Origin: the human T2T-CHM13v2.0 reference genome, Homo sapiens
Direction: 5' to 3' (one strand)
NCBI RefSeq assembly: GCF_009914755.1
Contig: NC_060937.1
DNA: 64,000 nt
The translations under genes were made by a program, and so were the position numbers. Below are positions 26,060-41,500 of the stretch, piece by piece; within the stretch, counting starts at the first letter, position 1, and each line of letters begins with the position of its first letter. The notes under the pieces were generated by a model. It worked only from the letters and a program-made list of their open reading frames with translations. It did no database searches and was not told where the DNA came from.

Positions 26060-26920
26060 GTGTGTTAGGACTGCCATAAACAAATTACTACATACTTGGT
26101 AGTGGTAAAAATCAAGTTTAGCCTAAAGCTGCCTCCTTACGTATTTTAAGTTTGGCCTAAAGGTTTCTCTGTACATTGTGAACTATAACAAGTGAAGATG
26201 TAAACAGACCGTAGCCTATACTTGTGCCAATCAGTGAGTTTTGACCAATCAAATGTAGCCAACTATTCAAACAGTGTTCAAATAAGCCATACAGCGAGCT
26301 GTAACCAATCTGGCTGTTTCTGTATCTCACTTCCGTTTTCTGTACTTCACTTTCCTTTTTTTGTTCATAAATCCTCTTCCACCATGTGGCTGTGCTGGAG
26401 TCTCTGAACATACTCTGGCTTGAGAGGCTGCCCCATTCGCGAATGGTTCATTGCTCAACTAAATGCTTTTAAATTTAATTCGGCTGAAGTTTTTCTTTTA
26501 TCATACTTAGAAGGACAGTTCTGAAAGCTAGATGTCGGAAATCAAGGAGTCACTAAGGTTGGTTTCTTCTTAAGTTTCTGAGGAAGAATCTATCCCATGC
26601 CACTCTCTCAGCTTCTGGTGGCTGCTGACAATCTTTGGTGTTCCTTGTCTTATCAACACACTTTTCAATCTCTGCCTCTGTCTTCACATAGCATTCTCCC
26701 CTGTGTTTCTGTGTCTCTCCTTAAGAGGAGAGATGATATGATACAAGATCATGATATGATTAAGTAATATCCAGTAAACAGCCCACACTGATCTAATATG
26801 AGATCCCCATCTTAAATGAACTCGTTACTACAAAGTCCCTGTTTCCAAATAACATCACATTCACAATTACTGTGGACAGGATTTCAACAAATCTTTCCAG
26901 GAGACTTAGTTCAACCCACA
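26060..26920 (-). mobile_element. MLT1 (MLT1C-like) MaLR LTR interrupted by MER57
   Basis: TAGGACTGCCATAAACAAATTAC...; CAGCTTCTGGTGGCTGCTGACAATCTTTGG...TCTCTGCCTCTGTCTTCACAT; ...GTTCAACCCACA. Confidence 0.7.
26103..26503 (+). mobile_element. MER57(B-like) solo LTR
   Basis: AAGTTTAGCCTAAAGCTGCCTCCTTAC...TTTAAATTTAATTCGGCTGAAGTTTTTCTTTTATCA; three CCAAT boxes; 3' half similar to the LTR at 38170. Confidence 0.8.
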
Positions 26921-27446
26921 CTGTGTGTGTATACATATGCCTATACACATGTATATGTACAACAATTCACTTTAATAATAAATAACAAGTTTTCATTTGT
27001 CTGTTGCAAAAGTATGTGTCATTACAAACTGTGTTATTTACACTGCTTTAACTATTAAGTAAATACTAAATCAGTACTAAATTGGTTATGTCAGTGTTTC
27101 AGAGCATTAGATCTTAAATAAATTTTGAATACAATCAATTAAAAATAATACACAATATTTTAACATAAAATTGATGAAGTAGAGAATTCTGCAATATTTG
27201 AAATTTTAGAGAATGCCAATTAATTGCAAACATTAGTTTTAAGACTAGGTGGATACCTAGCATTCATGTAATGTTAATCTCTGACTTTAGAAAATGTCAA
27301 ATTATAATAAAAACTTATATTTTATTTTAAACATAAAAATAACATCATTCATGAATACAGTAGACTAATAGGACTAAACAGAATGGCCTGAAAAAGCTCA
27401 GAAGTATCATCACCCAATTCAAAAGTAAAATAACTTACTTATAGGA

Positions 27447-27760
27447 GGCCAGGCATGGTGGCTCATGACTGTAATCCCAGCACTTTGGGAGGTTGAGTCT
27501 GGAGGATTGCTTGAGAGTCCAGCAGTTCAAGACTAGCTGGGCAACATAGTGAATCCCCATCTCTACAATACAATACAAAAATTAGACAGGTATGGTGGCA
27601 TGCACCTGTAGTCCCAGCTACTTGGGAGGCTGAGGAAAGCGGATTGCTTGAGCCCAGGGAAATTGAGGCTGCAGTGAGCTCTGGTTGCACCACTGCACTT
27701 CAACCTGGCTGACAGAGTGAGACCCTGTTTCAAAAAAAAAAAAAAAAAAAGAAAAAGAAA
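27447..27760 (+). mobile_element. AluJ
   Basis: GGATTGCTTGAG, GAGGCTGCAGTGAGC AluJ variants; poly(A) tail. Confidence 0.93.
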
Positions 27761-27939
27761 ACATAAATAAATAATATAACTACATTTATAAAGTTAGGTT
27801 ATAAAATAATAAAACATGCTTTATCTTTCTCCAAATCTCCACAAACAATATTTTTGTTTATATTCCAATATTAGTAAAAAGGGTGAAGAGTAACACTGAG
27901 AAGACCTACTCTTAAACTCTTGTTAATGTCTTTCTAGAT

Positions 27940-29316
<1,377 letters not shown>

Positions 29317-29404
29317 CCTATTTTGTGGGTTTTAACACCTGGATTTAATTTTCTGGATTTGGCAACGCTACTGGGAGAGAATATGAAAAAAGTGTGACGA
29401 GTTA

Positions 29405-29922
<518 letters not shown>

Positions 29923-31320
29923 ATAGACAGAATTTCTGAAAAGTCAGCAGGGTGAATATAGTAATTTCCTACAAAGAAGAAAATAAAAATATCATTACAA
30001 TATGGATTTAATAGCTTTGTCTTTTATTTTATTCAGCACAGCATAAGAATATAGATGTACCTCCTTTGGTTTATTATAAAGGTGCATTGTTTTCCATTTC
30101 ATGGTACCTTTATGCCTTTAATCAGAATCTAACAATATGTATGTTATTGTACATACATTTCTTACATTTCTAAAAATCACTAAAGACTGATTAGTCATAG
30201 GTGTCAGATTTTTTTAATTATACATTTTCACTATATACATGTATGTATACACATGTATACAGTGTGCATCTTTGTGCATCAGTTTTTCAGTGTACACTTT
30301 AACCCTAGGAATAATATATCATTGTTCATATGCTTAATATAAATATCAGTGTCTTAGTTTTTTACAACTTAAGTTCCAATGACTTCTTTGTATAATGAAG
30401 AGATTAGATACAATTTAGTGTTTTCATTTTAAACAATACATTTTGGAATAAACAATGGATAACTATGAACAAGTCGGTCACTTTCTGTAGGATTCTTTAT
30501 TTGATATATTATGGAGTTAGGCACAATTATGATTAAGCTCTGTCCACATTCCAATATCTTTGAAATATGCAGAGTATTTAAGGTACAGAGGAGAATGAAG
30601 AAAAAGACAATTCTAGGATCAATTTATAGAATATAACTGATAAATATATGTTTCAAAGAAAATCTTGCAAGTAGAGCAATTTTCAAACTTTAGTTTTCTA
30701 AAGTATTTAAATTATGTAATACCACTACTTAAATATCTGTTTTTGGTTCCCTTTAATTTTTTAAATAATTTCTACAAAATATTAAGTTTAGCATGCAGCT
30801 CATGAAATAAAACATATATTTTATAATAAGGCCAGAAACAGGTAATATTCTTTAAAACAAATTAACTATGAGTGAGTAGTTTTATCTCAGCATAAATTTA
30901 ATTAAAAATACTCTAATGAATTTTCGTTATGGTTGAAATTATTCTTTTAATTATTGTTATCTAATTTAATTTTAGTCTATTTTTTAAAAAATAGAACTCA
31001 AATACAGCTGACTCTTGAATGACATACGTTGGAACGTGTAAGTTCTGACTTAATTTGCAGGTTTTTTTCCTTAAAAGTTATACCAAGTGTTCCTGCCTCT
31101 CCTAACTCCCCTTTCAACTCCTCCACCTCTTCTGCATCTGCCACCCCTGAGACAGCAAGACCAACCCCCACTATTTCTCCTACTCCAGCACCTACTCTAA
31201 AATTAAGACTTTTATGATAATCCACTTCCACTTAATAAATGATAAATGTGTTTTATCTTATGACTATCTTAATAACATTTTATTTTCTCTAGCTTATTTA
31301 ATTGTAAGAATACAGTATAC

Positions 31321-31363
31321 TAAACTGATAAGAACAGATACTACACTTGATCTTAGCCAAAAG
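31321..31363 (-). pseudogene. U2 snRNA pseudogene fragment (U2 nt 14-56)
   Basis: Reverse complement is CTTTTGGCTAAGATCAAGTGTAGTATCTGTTCTTATCAGTTTA, identical to the known U2 5' region including the branch-point pairing sequence GTAGTA. Confidence 0.95.
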
Positions 31364-32176
31364 ATGAAGGATATGAACAGACACTTCTCAAAAGAATACA
31401 TTTATGTGGACAACAAACATATGAAAAAAAGATCATCAATGGTCATTAGAGAAATGCAAATCAAAACCACAATGAGATACCATCTCACGCCAGTTAGAAT
31501 GGTGATTATTAAAAAGTCAGGAAATAACAGTTGCTGGTGAGGCTGTGGAAAAACAGGAACACTATTACACTGTTGGTGGGAGTGTAAATTAGTTCAACCA
31601 TTGTGGAAGACAGTGCCATGATTCCTTAGAGATCTAGAACTAGAAACACCATTTGACCCAGCAATCCCATTACTGGGTATATAGCCAAAGGATTATAAAT
31701 CATTCTGTTATAAAAACACGTGCACACATATGTTTATTGCAGCACTATTTACAATAGCAAAGACTTGGAACCAACCCAAATGCCCATCAGTGATAGACTG
31801 GATTTAAAAAAAAGTAATACGTATACACCATGGAATACTATGCAGTCATAAAAAAAGAATGAGTTCATGTTCTTTGCAGGGACATGGATGAAGCTGCAAA
31901 CTAACACAAGAACAGAAAACCAAACATCGCATGTTCTCACTTATAAGTGGGAGTTGAGCAGTGAGAACACATGGACACAGGGAGGGGAACATCACACACT
32001 GGGGCCTGTCACTGGGTCAGGGGGCAAGGGGAAGGAGCGCACTAGGACAAATATCGCATGCATTCAGGGCTTAATACCTAGATGATGGATTGATAGGTGC
32101 AGCAAACCACCATGCCACGTGCATACCTATGTAACAAAACTGCACGTTCTGCACATGTATCCTAGAACTTAAAAAA
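31364..32176 (+). mobile_element. 5'-truncated L1PA (approx. PA7/8) 3' end
   Basis: [10 protein letters not shown]...[18 protein letters not shown] in ORF 31214..31540; 3'UTR ending CCTAGAACTTAAAAAAAA; TSD AAGAATACAGTATA (31306-31319, 32177-32190). Confidence 0.95.
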
Positions 32177-33400
32177 AAGAATACAGTATATATTTCCTAT
32201 AATATACAAAATATGTGCTAATTGTTGGTTTTTTGTAAGACTTCCAGGCAAAAGTAGTTATTAGTAGTTAAGTTTTCTGGGAGTCAAAAGTTAAATGTTG
32301 CACAGTGTTTTGGTGCCACTAAGTTCACATTGTTCAAGGGTTAACTGTGTATTATAATGACAGTCTCATATACTTAGAGAAATTGCAATCTGTTTGCTTA
32401 TAAGTATTATAATTGCTTGATAAACCAAATGGAGCTTTGGCTTTGTTATAGTTTATAAATTTATTTTCCCCAAGCCTTTAAAACCAACTGTATAATTTTG
32501 TTTTCATGTACAAAGGCATTTAGTAGTTTGAAGCTAATGTGTCATATTTGGCTGCCCTTGTCATAGTCCATCCATCATATTCCTTTCAGTAAGACATAAT
32601 CTGATTTTTGTTGATGAACATGATTTGAGATACAAGAGCCCCATCTTATGTAAAAGGTCAAAGATAACCAAAGTACAGTGAAGATTTTGAGACTAACGAC
32701 AAACAAAAATCCTTTGTCATGGAGTAATTAGAATATGCAATAGAAAAAAACTTTATTTTCCTCATACTGTTTGTTCTCAGTTTTATTTATAAATAAGTGT
32801 ATACATTAAAAAAGAAAAATTTGCAATAAAGCCATTGAATGTTATATGCAATAATGGCTGCGGCTATATCCACAAAATTCTTTGACAGGTACAAAAACAT
32901 TTTTTAAGGCAAGGCATTTTGCTTAATAGTGAATAAATTTGTATTTACATGTAAACAATGTTTGTCCTGCTGGTAAGTGCTTCAATAACCTATAAACTTC
33001 ATTTTGTATCCTCTTTATTTTATGGCAATTTCCAAAGGCTCTCCAACCATAGGGTTTCAGAAAAATTTATTAAAAACCTTTTGTCTCTACCTTCAAACAC
33101 TACCATTTTTGCCATCGTTACTACTTCTTATTCACTTTCTCTCTTCTTGAGGCATAAATTTCACTGTTACTTATTAAAATAGTCCTGTAACCAACACTAA
33201 ACCAATTTTAGTACTTCTTAATCATTTATTAAGGGAATTGATATTACTGAATTCAGAATAAGGGGAGAAACCAAAAATAGAAAAAATAAAATATCGTGGA
33301 CTTGAATTATTCTATCAATATCTTATTTTTTCTTTTAGTTAACATGTGGAAGATAAAAGATCACTGCCTCCATGGAACATACTGTTCATTAATTTTTATT

Positions 33401-33762
33401 TCTGTCTCATTCATTAAGCATGCTAGAGCAAAGTACCATCGACTGGGGATCTTATAAACAACAAAAATTTATTTTTTCACATTTATGGCATCTGAGAAGT
33501 TTAAGGCACTGGCAGATTCAGCGCCTGGTGAAGGTCTGTCTTCTGGTTTGTACATGGCCCCTTCTAGTTTTGTCCTCACATGGTAGAAGGGAAGAACTCT
33601 GATCTTTTTTCCATTTACAAGGGCTCCACTCTCACAACTAGGTCATGAGAGAGGAACCCTCGTGAATGGGACCTCCAAAGTCCTCACCTCCTAATATCAT
33701 CTCTTTCAGGGGTTAGGCTTTATCATATGAGTTTTTAGGGGACACAAGCATTCACTCTATTA
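33401..33762 (-). mobile_element. MLT1A-like MaLR LTR
   Basis: CTTATAAACAACAAAAATTTATT...GGCAGATTCAGCGCCTGGTGAAGG...TGTCCTCACATGGTAGAAGGG...GGGGACACAAGCATTCA. Confidence 0.75.
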
Positions 33763-34254
33763 AAAATACCTTTATTTTCTTAATTAAGATTTGGAGTAAA
33801 GTTATAGATAACTGTATTCCTTTCCTCACTGTGCCCAATAAAGTTATTTTAACAAAATGGTAGGCAAATTTAAAAAATGAATAAAAATCATAATAAATAA
33901 TTCATTGTCTTGGTGGCAATAATATGCTATAAATAATAACCACTGAGATTAAAATTACAAGGTACTGCAACAATTTAGTGTTTAATACATGTAGTCATGA
34001 CAAACATAATAGAAGTCTGTATTTTCCTTATGATTATTTTTCTTTCTTTATATTGCAACTATAGACATAAGCACATGGAAGCAATTTTAAAAAATAATAG
34101 ACTTTATTTCTTAGAAAAATTTTAGATATAATAAAATATTTATCAGACAGTGAGGAGAATTTCCCTTACACTCCTTCTCTACCCAATGCTTCCCATATCA
34201 TTTACATCTTGTTCTGATGTGGTACATTTGTCACAATTGATAAGCCAATATTAA

Positions 34255-34601
<347 letters not shown>

Positions 34602-35364
34602 GGGTTTACTTTTTATGTTGTAGAGTGATCTGAGTTTTTTCAAATGCATAATGCTATATCTACACCATGAATATATCATTCAGAATAGTTTCACTGTCTT
34701 GTAAAATTCCATGCACCTCTACTCATTGCTTCTACTTTGTCAATGAATCGAGAACAACCGGTGAACTTTTTACAGTTAGTATAGCTGTGCCTTTCCCAGA
34801 ATGCATATATTGGGAATCCTACAGTAAATAGCCTTTCCAGACTGGCTTCTTTCACTTATCAATATTTATTTAAGTGGCTTAGTAGTTTATTTCTTGTTAT
34901 TAAATAATGTTTTATTATTTGAATGTATCACAGTTTAATCACATGTTGATGGACATCTTGGTCACTGATAATTGGCAATTATATATAAATAAATTGCTGC
35001 AAGTATTTGTGTGCAAGTTTTTCTATGAATATATGTTTTCAACTCACTTGGGCATAGATTCTAGATCATACGGTAAAATTACGTTTATTTTTTAAAGAAA
35101 TTGCCACAAGTCTTCCAAAGTGGCTGTAGCATTTTACATTCCCACTGGCAATGAATAAGTGCTCCTGAAGCTCCACATCTTCACCAGCTTTTTGTTCTGT
35201 CAGTGTTTTGGATTTTAGCTATTCTAATATGTATGTAAAGGTAAACTTTTGTTGTTTTTAATTTGTAATCCTCATATCATAAGATGGTGAGAATTTTATT
35301 TAATCCTTATTTGCCATCTATATATCTTCTCTGTTGAGGTGTCTCTTCAGATCTTTTACCTACT

Positions 35365-37085
35365 TTTTTGTTTTTATTTTTAATTTATGTGGAGTTTTTA
35401 CTTTAGATTCAGGGGCTACATGTGCAGGTTTGTTAAAAGGATATTTTTTGTGATGCTGAGATTTGCGCTTCTATTGATCCTGCCACCCAGATGGTGTACA
35501 GAAGCACCCAACAGAAGTTTTCCAGTCCTTCCCTCTCTTCCTGTTCTTGGAGTCCCTAGAATCTATTGTTCCTGTCTTTGTGTCTGTGTGTACCCGAGGT
35601 TTATCTCCCACTTATAAGTGAGAATATTTTATATTTGGTTTTCTGTTTTTGTGTTAATTTGTTTGAAATAATGCCCTCCAGCTGTATCCATGTTGCTGCA
35701 AAAGATGTGATTTTGTTATTTTTTTATAGTTGTGTAGTAATCCATGGTGTATATGTACCACATTTTCTTTCTCCAACCCATCTTTGATGGGCACCTAGAT
35801 TGATTCCTTGTCTTTGCTATTGTGAATAGTGCTGCAATAAACATATAAATACAGGTATCTTTTTGGTAGAATGGCTTGTTTTCCTGTGGATATGTACCAA
35901 GTAATGGGATTGCTGTGTTGAATGGTAGTTCTATGTTAAAGTTCATATTAAAGCTCATATATAAAGTTCATATTAAAATTAAATGTGTTTCTATTTCTCT
36001 GTAGCCTTGCCAACATCTGCTCTTGTTTTAATACTAGCCATTCTGACTTATGTTAGATAATATCTAATCATAGTTTTGATTTGCATTCCTGTGATGATTA
36101 GTGATGTTGAGCATGTTTTTATATGTTTATTGGTTGCTTGTATGTCTTCTTTTAAGAAGTGTTTGTTCGTGTCCTTTGCTCACTTTTGTGTTGTTGTTGC
36201 TGCTGTTGATTTGCTTAAGTTCCTTATAGACTTTGGATAATAGACCTTTGTTGAAAGTATAGTTTGCAAATATTTTCTTCCATTCTGTAGGTTGTCTGTT
36301 TATGCTGTTGTTAGTTTCTTTTGCTTTGCAGAAACTCCTTAATTTAATGAGGCCCCACTTGTCAATTTTTGTTTTTGTTGAGCTTTCTTTTGTGGACTAA
36401 GTCATACATTCTTTGTCCAAAAGGGTATTTCCTAGGTTTTCTTTTAGGATTTTTACAGTTTGAGGTCTTAAATTTATGGCTTTGATCCATCTTGAGTTAA
36501 TTTTTTCATATAGTGATAGGTAGTGGTGCAGTTTCATTCTTCTGCATATGGTTAACCAACTTTCCCAGCACCATTTATTGAACAGGAAGTCCTTTCTCCA
36601 TTGCTAATTTTTGTCAACTTTGTGGAAGATAAGTTGGTTGAAGGTGTGTGGCTTTATTTCTTGGTTCTCTATTCCATTCCACTGATCTACATTGTCTATT
36701 TTTGTACCAATACCATGCTGTTTTGGTAACTGCCATTTTGTAATATAATTTGAAGTCAGGTAGTATAATGCCTGTGGCTTTGTTCTTTTTGCTTAGAATT
36801 GTTTTGGCTATTTGGGCTCTTTTTTGGTTCCATATAAATTTCAGAATAGTTTTTTTTCTAATTATGTAAAAATGTTGTTGGTAGTTTGATAGGAATAACA
36901 TTGAATCTATAGATTGCTTTGGATAGTATGAACATTCTAACTACATTTATTCTTCTAATCCATGAGCTTGAATTTTTTTTTTCATTTGTGACATCTATCC
37001 TTTCTTTCATCACTGTTTTGTAGTTCTCCTGATAGCAATATTTCACCTCTTTTGTCAGATGTGTTCCTAGGTATTTTATCATTTT
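35365..37085 (-). mobile_element. L1PA15-16/L1PB-like 3' 1.7 kb nested in L1MD
   Basis: ORFs 35716..35958 (ELPFNTAIPLLG...MFIAALFTIAK) and 36614..36901 ([24 protein letters not shown]). Confidence 0.85.
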
Positions 37086-38169
37086 GTATTTTTTGTCCAC
37101 TTTTTAATTAGGTTGTTGTATATTTTAGATACGACTACTTTATCAGACATGTGTTTTGCAAATATTTTATCTCAGTTGTGACTTATATTTTCATTCCCTT
37201 AACACTATCTTTCACAGAGCAGAAGTGTTTACAATTTTAATGAAGTCCAGCTTGTCTGTTTTTTTATGGATCTTGCTTTTGTGTTATATCTAAACACTCA
37301 TTATGAAACCTAAGGTTACATAGATTTTCTCACATTCTATCTTTAAGAAAGTTGAGAGATTTGCATTTACATTTAGGTTTATAATCTATTTTGAGTTAGT
37401 TTTTACAAAAGATGTAAGATCTGTGTTCTTTTTTTTTTTTTTTTTTTTTTTTTTGCATGTGAACATTTAATTTTTTCAGCACCAATTGTCAGATTTCCAT
37501 TTCTCCTCTGGCAAAGACAAGTTGACTGTTCTAGTGTGGGTGTCATTTTGGGCTCATTTTTCTATTCCATTAGTCTTTTTGTGTATACTTTTGTTAAGAC
37601 AACTCTGTGTTTATTACTATAGCTGAATAGTAAGTCTTGAAGTCTTACTGGTCAGTCATGTAGTATCACTTCTCTGACTTTGTTATTTTTCTCCAAAATT
37701 ATGTTGGTAATTTAGAGTCCTTTGTTTCTTTGTATAAACTTTAAAATAGTTTGTTGATATACACAAAGTAAATTGCTGATATTTTTGTTGAGATTGAATT
37801 GCATGTATAGATGCAATTGGGGAGAAGGACATCCTAATATTTAGTCTTTAAATTCATGAGCATGATATATCTCCATTTATTTAGAGCTTTGATTTATTGT
37901 ATTACAGTTGTGTAGATTTCCCCATATACATCCTGTAAATATTTTGTTAAATTTCTTCCTCCTCTTCTTCCATCTCCTTCCCTTTCACCTTCTTGTTCTC
38001 TTTCTTCTTTTTAGAGATAACAAAAACTGTGCTGTATCTTTTATTTCAGTTTCCAACTCCTCAAAAGCAATTGGCATTGTATATTACACATGTATCCTAT
38101 GCCTTTATTATAATTACTTATTATGTCTAAAAATATTTTTTTCTGATTTCTTTGTAATTTTTAAACATA

Positions 38170-38597
38170 TGTTAAAGTGAACTAATATTACCTGAGAAGG
38201 AATCTGTACTTCTATACTTCAGTCCTTGTGGACAAACCATAACCTAGCTTAATAGGTAGACAAGATTGAAAACCTAACTTAGGAGTATGTGCCCGTAACA
38301 ATAACTGAGACTTGGTCAGTCCCAGCAGCCATACTTCAACCAGTCATATACTGCTGAATGTTCAAATTGTGTCCAGATAAGGTAAACTCTGAGCTGTAAT
38401 CAATTCAGCTGTTTCTGGACCTCACTTTTTATTTTTGTATATCACTTCTTTTTTTGTCTATAAACTTGTGACCATAAGGCATCCCTTGAGTCTCCCTCTG
38501 GATCTTTTATGATTTTGGGGTCTACTCAATTCATTTATTGTTCATTGCTCAATTAAACTCCTTTAAATTTAATTCTGATGAAATTTTTCCTTCATTA
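38170..38597 (+). mobile_element. MER57A-like 5' LTR
   Basis: TGTTAAAGTGAACTAA...CCTGAGAAGGA...ATTAAACTCCTTTAAATTTAATT; immediately followed by a PBS. Confidence 0.8.
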
Positions 38598-41500
38598 GAT
38601 GATGTCAGAAGTGGGATCCAAAGTAGAGGTTCTAACGACCCCCAAGAACACTGAGTGACCAAACAAGGTACCTGCTGGACTCACTTGTGTCTGCTGATCT
38701 TTCAGGGCAGCTGGGGATTGTGGTAAGTTTTCTCTAGGAGTCTGAAACTCCATGGATTTGTGCTTTGAGCTCTCTGAGTTTCTTTGAGCAAATTTCTTTT
38801 GGAAATTTGGGTTTGGAAGTTGTGACAGAAACTGGACTGGGTCCAGAATTGGATTAGATCTGGTAATTAACTGGGTTGGATCCAGTTAGAGGTCTCTTAC
38901 ATCTGACTGGGTCAGACAGAAATTGGCAGTAAATGGTAATATTGCAAGAATTGTAAAATTTGGCTTTTGGAAATTCTCAGGGATTTTTGTTTTCTACCCC
39001 TTTGTTTCATTTTTCTTGTATGCTTAGGTAAGAAAAAAAATCATTGGCAAGGGAAAGGAAACCCAAGAGCAAAGACACTACCTTAGATAAAAATGGGATC
39101 TTTAATTTCTGAAGAACTGAGTTCTTTCTGGCTTATACGTGCATAAATGTTAGGCCCCAGAAGCAGCAAAGTCTTACAGAAATGGCAAAATCTTACTAAA
39201 GATAACTTGCTGTGGAACATTCTGAATGAACAACAACACACTGATGTACATTTAAAAATGAGGGCTCCTAAATTAGTCTCATCTAGGGATGCCTATTAAT
39301 GTGCAGAAGTTTCTAAAAAAATTTCAGTGGTTTTATTTAAGACTTTACAAAAGGCAAATAAAAAGCTTAAGGGACTAATTGATTAAAAAAAATCTGTCTC
39401 GTACTTTTTGCTGATGGGAATGGGTGATGGGATTAGGCATGCACAGGATCATGGGATACAGGAAACATTTTTCTTCTTGAAGGAGGAGCTGGAGAGCTGA
39501 TGGGACTGCTTGAAAGTCCCTTCGTGACTGAAAAGTGGTCACCTGAATTTTTGATTCAATATCTCTGCAATGGATGAATCATTCTCTGGCCTCCCTGAGC
39601 TTCTTGCCTTCCCCACCCTACCTCAGGCAATACTACTCTCTCTCTCTCTGTGCAAACTGGTTGTGGGAATGATAAAAATCACTATCTCTTGCAAAGGTTT
39701 AATTAATGAGAAAAGGATTCATGAGGCTAGTCTTAAGCTGTACTGAATCTAGTGTATTTTGTGCTATGAATTTGTCTTTCTGTGTCATTCTGTCACAAAG
39801 AGGGGTACCTTAGGATAGAACATGGGCTTAGGACCCCATAAGCTTGCTGTTCAAGACAGCCCAGCAAGCTGGTCAGTTACAAACTTTGCTGCAGGTCCCC
39901 AACACAAACAAAAAACTGGATGAGGTCTCTATCTTGATTTTTGTCCTTGGGAGCTTGAACTTGTAACCATGTGGTGGTACTTTCTTTTGGTCTCCACCAT
40001 CTTGGGAACAGGAGTTTTGGGGTTCATGTTATAGTTAGCTCTAAAAATTATCTTGAGTAGATAAAAGCCATTGCAAGTTCAAAATTGACTACTCTAGACT
40101 CGACTCCTTCTGGGAAAAGCAATGGAACCTGCCCAAATGCTGTAGCTCACCAGCTAAGGTTTTGTCATTTTATCATTTTAGATGCCATTTTATCATTATA
40201 AAGCCTGGTTCAATCTTATATTGAGTACTTCCTGGTTAATATCTTTGTGACTTTTTCCATTTGTTTCTTCTCTTCCCCTCCATGAACAACTTCTTGTTTC
40301 CTTTCTTAAATTTTCCCTACCTTGAGCTACCTTGAAAGACTCTAGATTTTGTAAAATCTGCTTACCACCTCTTTGAAAATACCTCATACACTCATAGTTA
40401 ATTCATAACCTTAGTTGAGGCTTGTTGATTTCGCTTATTAGGTTACCTTTGGTGAAGTTTAAAAGCCCAAAATATTGGCTGTTTGGCCTCGCAAAAGTAT
40501 CATAATAAAAAATTTAAAAGGACATTTTTTTTTTAGAGAGCATTATGGTTAAAAGTCAGCTTAATTAAAAGTGGATATCCAAGCTATAGGTATATTTAAA
40601 AGGCCTTCACGTTTTTTTCTCTTTTTGGACCTTGTTTTTCTGGGAAAAAGGTTTCTATTTCTTCTTGTTGACTGAATTATTTTTCTCCATTTTGTCTTGC
40701 CACTCTTAATGCACACATGAGTGGCCCTAAGATAACTTTTAATAGCCTGGAAGTCTTTGGGAAAAACAGAGAAGGCATCACAGACCAAGATTTGAGAAAA
40801 AATCTCTGTTTTGCTCATGAAACTCCAGGAATTGAAAGTTAATAAGTTCCTCTCAAAACCTAAGTCTCTGTTCTGTTTTGTATTGTGTTATCTGATGGTT
40901 TTTAGTTTGGGGGTGTCAGAAATTACTTCACACCATGAGAGAGCTTTGGTGTGTAATAACTAGGTAGGCAATAGACTGTTAGGGCTGGCTAATGGCAGTT
41001 ATAAGGGAATACTTAGCTCTTTGCACCTTTGGATCAGGGAAGCATGCTCTTGGCCACCTAGAAAGCATGGAAATGTCCTCATGTCCCACTGAAGGATAAA
41101 AATTCCGTGAGGGATGGGCTAATTGCAAAATGGGCTAATTGGTTTAGGGTTGCCATGCAATAAAGTGCACGGTAAAGGTATTGCACTATCTTTTCCTGTA
41201 GCATTTTTCTCTTTTGGGGGTTCCAGGATGTGATATAAAAATAAGATCCTAAATTTTGGAGATCTGTTTTTGTCTTCCAGCTGTGCCTGCTTATTAGGCC
41301 CTAGAAACTGCATGTTTTCCTGGCCCTGTTACTTGAAGAACTCCACCCTAAAGCCAGTAATCCAATTAAGCAACTTTAAAACTGGCAAATGAAAGATCTT
41401 ATAAATTCTGGTTATTCTTCTATCTGTCTGTGTAGTTATATGTATTGTGTGTGTGATGTTTATGTAAAAGAGCTCTAATTAATTGACTTTAAGAAAAATA

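Larger units (their letters stand above)
31005..32347. mobile_element. Tigger2a (MER28)-like DNA transposon, split by the U2/L1 insertion
   Basis: TIRs TA-CAGCTGACTCTTGAA ... TTCAAGGGTTAACTG; internal CACCCCTGAGACAGCAAGACCAACCCC. Confidence 0.8.

Noticed and set aside
25870-26060. (TATG/CATA)-rich quasi-palindromic tract
   Set aside because: Ordinary low-complexity purine-pyrimidine repeat
31029-31217. Pro/Ser/Thr-rich ORF and acidic antisense ORF 30998..31231
   Set aside because: Translation of Tigger2a internal sequence
31321-31363. Functional U2 snRNA gene
   Set aside because: Only nt 14-56; no 5' end, Sm site, PSE or 3' box
35930-35976. Short TAAAGTTCATAT reiterations; also 11-bp (2764-2785) and 16-bp (5363-5394) tandem duplications
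   Set aside because: Local slippage products, no spacer structure; not CRISPR-like or otherwise organised
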